Source of the DNA: Prevotella sp.
GTDB lineage: Bacteria > Bacteroidota > Bacteroidia > Bacteroidales > Dysgonomonadaceae
Direction: 5' to 3'
Length of the DNA: 64,000 bases
Assembly: GCA_031285625.1 (NCBI GenBank)
Contig: JAITVV010000067.1
Coordinates: forward strand, 1 to 64,000
The position numbers and the translations under genes are program-made. The notes under the pieces are model-generated. The model saw only the letters and a program-made list of their open reading frames with translations. It had not been told where the DNA came from and ran no database searches. Positions 61,239 through 64,000 of the stretch are shown here, piece by piece; the first letter of the stretch is position 1, and each line of letters begins with the position of its first letter.

Positions 61239-64000
61239 TCAAATATTTAAAAAGCCTTTTACATCTTCTGCACCACCCATTACCAATACATGGTTCTCTT
61301 TACCATATTTGAGCTCATTTACAAAATACTCTGCTCCTTCTTTTAATGGGATCAGTGATACTCCACGTTTTTTAAATTCAGCCTCCAGCGTATCGCTAAC
61401 CATACCAGTTCCTTTCCACGGTCCCCAGTTGATGGTCAATATTCTGGCATCCATCTTTTCATTTAAGGCTGATGCGATATGATCAAATACACTGTTAGCA
61501 GAAGCATAATCCGATTGTCCTTTGTTACCATAAGATGAGGCTACACTACTGAACATCACAAATAGTTTAAGATCGGGATGTAGTTCATCCAGTAAGACAT
61601 GCAACGGAGTTACTTTTGTAGAATATACTTGTTCGAAAGAATCGAATGTTTTATGTATAAACAACTTATCGTCCAACAAACCAGCTGCATGGAAGATTCC
61701 GTCTATTCTGCCATAGGTTTCATATGTTTTCTTGATAAAGTCTCTTAATGCTTGTTCATTCTTTATATCTAAAGAAACATAAGTTACTTTTCCACCCGTC
61801 TTTTCTATTTTCGCAACATTCTCATTTATCTGATTAGCTTTGAATATCTTCTGAACTTTTTTCTCTATCTCACCAGGAGATCTCATATTCTCTTCACTGA
61901 TCAGGTATTTACGTATTTTATCTTTAGAATCCAGCGATTTATATTTATCGAATTCAGGAGTCGGTGCTTCAGATCGTCCAACCAGTATGTAATTACATGG
62001 ATATTCTTTAGACAATTCACTTACCAACTCAGGAGTAATTCCCTGAGCACCACCAAATACAACAACTACAGAATCTTTGTCCAAGGCCAAATGAGAACCT
62101 CCATTTGGAGTAAGTTCTACAGGTTTAGGATTTGTGAAATATCTTTTCTCATCCTTATATATTATTTCAATATAGGTAGCATCACGTGTGAGTAACTCGT
62201 CCACTACAATTTGAGCTAAAGATGCTTTATCGAAGACAGAATGCGATACAACAGCACGGAAGTTTATAGCAGGAAATTCATGAGCAAGGCTCTTTATCAA
62301 ACCTGGGAAACCTTGTATCTCTTTCATTTTAGATATACCTTCTGTAGCCTTAATATTTCCAAGTATATCGCTGAATGTATATACCCACTTGATCTTGGCA
62401 AGATCTACATTCTTTATCATATTAAATACTTCCTTGATGCTGTATTTACGAGGGGATGCTGATGAGTTAAGGATCACCAACCCGTCATATTGAGTAAGGT
62501 CTTCATCTCCCTTAATAAGGTCAACAGTAGCTCCATTCAGTTCCATTACTGCCTTAACACTTTCAGCATATTCACCGCCATCATCTGTTAATGCAAAATG
62601 CTTACCATCGATTAGTATTTTTTCTGAATTCAGTATTTTTTCTTCCAGTTCGAAACTCATCCTTATTAAATCGTCTGCTATAGTCTTGCTTGTTGTAACT
62701 GCAGCTTGTTGAGGCTGAGATTGGGACGGTAATTGAGCAGGAGTTTCTTCACTCTTGCTACCATTCGCCAATTCTTCGATCCAGTCTATTAGTCCGTTAA
62801 GTGTTTTTACAGAAGCTAGTTTCTCAATTGTATCTTCTGCATCTTCAATGCTTCCGGATATATTCAATTTATCCCTCAATGATCCTATTATCTCCATACG
62901 TTTAATAGAATCGATACTTAAATCGGCTTCAAGATCGAGATCTAATCCTAGCATATCGGTAGGATAACCTGTTTTCTCACTTACTGTTTCCAGAAGCAAT
63001 GCTTTAATATCTTCCATGGATACTGCTGCAGGAGCAGTAGCTACTACTGGTTGAGTTGCTACTGGCATGCTTTGTGCACTTTGCATTACCGGAGTTGTAC
63101 CCTGCTGTTGAACTGGGGCAGAAGCTTGTTCCTGACCGGCTTTAGCTAAGTCTTCGATCCATTCTATCAGTCCGTTAAGTGTTTTTACAGAAGCTAGTTT
63201 CTCAATTGTATCTTCTGCATCTTCCATACTTCCCGATATATTCAGTTTTTCCCTTAATGCACCGATAACCTCCATACGTTTAATAGAATCGATACTTAAA
63301 TCAGCTTCAAGGTCTAGTTCTAGACCTAACATCTCGATAGGATAACCTGTTTTTTCGCTGACTGTTTCCAGTAATAATGTTTTTATATCTTCCATGGATA
63401 CAGCTGCAGGAGCAGGAGTTGATGCAATCGGTGCTGCTACAGGCTGAACTGCAACCGGCATATTCACTTGCATTACCGAACCTGCGCTTTGCATTTGAGG
63501 CTGAGCCTGACTCATACTTGATTTTGCAAGATCCTCAATCCATTCGATCAGCCCGTTAAGTGTTTTTACGGAAGCCAGTTTTTCGATTGTATCTTCTGCA
63601 TCTTCCATACTTCCCGATATATTCAATTTTTCCCTCAACGCACCGATAACCTCCATACGTTTGATAGAATCGATACTTAGATCGGCTTCAAGGTCAAGTT
63701 CAAGACCTAACATATCGATAGGATAACCTGTTTTTTCGCTTACTGTTTCCAGTAATAATGCTTTTATATCTTCAATAGACACGGCAGAAGTAGCTGAAGC
63801 AACTGGTTGAAGTGCAGCTACAGGCATAACCACAGGTTGCGGTTGTGACTGTTGTACCTGTGGAGCAGGAGCTACAGGCAATACTTGTTGCACTGGGATC
63901 GTTTGTATTGGTGCCGAAATATTATTAGCAGGAGTATGACCTAAGTAACCAAGCATTACATCACGCTGGCTCTGAAGCATCATTCTCATGCTATTCAGAT
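61239..64000 (-). CDS. PfaA/HglE-like type I PKS, C-terminal part (3 tandem ACP plus KR); 5' end outside window
   Basis: Frame is open to the window edge (..LNSMRMMLQSQRDVML); three LEADLSIDSIKRME ACPs; KR GGAQGIT, HAAGLLDD, FSS..GQSDYASAN. Confidence 0.9.
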   Translation of the reverse strand, partial: LNSMRMMLQSQRDVMLGYLGHTPANNISAPIQTIPVQQVLPVAPAPQVQQSQPQPVVMPVAALQPVASATSAVSIEDIKALLLETVSEKTGYPIDMLGLELDLEADLSIDSIKRMEVIGALREKLNISGSMEDAEDTIEKLASVKTLNGLIEWIEDLAKSSMSQAQPQMQSAGSVMQVNMPVAVQPVAAPIASTPAPAAVSMEDIKTLLLETVSEKTGYPIEMLGLELDLEADLSIDSIKRMEVIGALREKLNISGSMEDAEDTIEKLASVKTLNGLIEWIEDLAKAGQEQASAPVQQQGTTPVMQSAQSMPVATQPVVATAPAAVSMEDIKALLLETVSEKTGYPTDMLGLDLDLEADLSIDSIKRMEIIGSLRDKLNISGSIEDAEDTIEKLASVKTLNGLIDWIEELANGSKSEETPAQLPSQSQPQQAAVTTSKTIADDLIRMSFELEEKILNSEKILIDGKHFALTDDGGEYAESVKAVMELNGATVDLIKGDEDLTQYDGLVILNSSASPRKYSIKEVFNMIKNVDLAKIKWVYTFSDILGNIKATEGISKMKEIQGFPGLIKSLAHEFPAINFRAVVSHSVFDKASLAQIVVDELLTRDATYIEIIYKDEKRYFTNPKPVELTPNGGSHLALDKDSVVVVFGGAQGITPELVSELSKEYPCNYILVGRSEAPTPEFDKYKSLDSKDKIRKYLISEENMRSPGEIEKKVQKIFKANQINENVAKIEKTGGKVTYVSLDIKNEQALRDFIKKTYETYGRIDGIFHAAGLLDDKLFIHKTFDSFEQVYSTKVTPLHVLLDELHPDLKLFVMFSSVASSYGNKGQSDYASANSVFDHIASALNEKMDARILTINWGPWKGTGMVSDTLEAEFKKRGVSLIPLKEGAEYFVNELKYGKENHVLVMGGAEDVKGFLNI
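62764..63780 (-). repeat. Three intragenic ACP-coding repeats (~260 bp each, period ~380 bp)
   Basis: Units at ~63523-63780, ~63142-63399 and ~62764-63021 separated by Pro/Ala/Gln/Val-rich linkers. Confidence 0.9.

Noticed and set aside
704-63559. Numerous 60-180 aa antisense or alternate-frame ORFs inside long genes
   Set aside because: Shadow ORFs of well-supported CDSs with no independent motifs
56837-64000. Canonical EPA/DHA pfa cluster
   Set aside because: No KS-CLF or FabA-type DH pair in the visible part, and glycosyltransferases plus a free ACP are not part of pfaA-E; upstream part not visible
1-64000. CRISPR arrays, tRNA/rRNA, IS transposases, invertible promoters, defence systems
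   Set aside because: No repeat-spacer array, RNA gene, transposase, recombinase or defence gene recognised by eye; the ACP repeats are coding

Overview
AT-rich Bacteroidota chromosomal window; gene style suggests Dysgonomonas/Bacteroidales (inference). (1) 1-~650: 3' end of a KilA-N-type gene and a probable ICE/conjugative-transposon terminus. (2) 720-4393: secreted metallophosphoesterase-PA14 fusion, GH63-like enzyme and an internally deleted GH109-type gene. (3) 4523-13663: ECF sigma/anti-sigma PUL (SusC, SusD, BACON-F5/8C lipoprotein, DUF5077/DUF3472 lipoprotein). (4) 13721-50841: a ~37 kb PUL complex dominated by alpha-galactosidase-type enzymes (GH27, 2x GH36, GH97, two unassigned clan GH-D lipoproteins) plus GH95, GH2 beta-mannosidase, GH43, an unassigned six-hairpin enzyme, SusC/D, HTCS, GalM, DUF5107-TPR, sugar porter and AraC. 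Its two minus-strand operons share a 40-bp operator-like element at the same distance from the -7 box. The enzyme set fits fungal fucomannogalactan (hypothesis). (5) 50908-64000: distal part of a PfaA/HglE-like type I PKS operon (partial 3xACP-KR protein, KS-AT-DH-PPTase fusion, ACP, alpha/beta hydrolase, two GT1s, a GT-C membrane protein, 3-hydroxyacyl-CoA dehydrogenase), probably making a glycolipid of unknown structure; this is the strongest candidate for an undescribed system. No rRNA, tRNA or CRISPR array was seen. All assignments are by motif recognition; no database searches were run.
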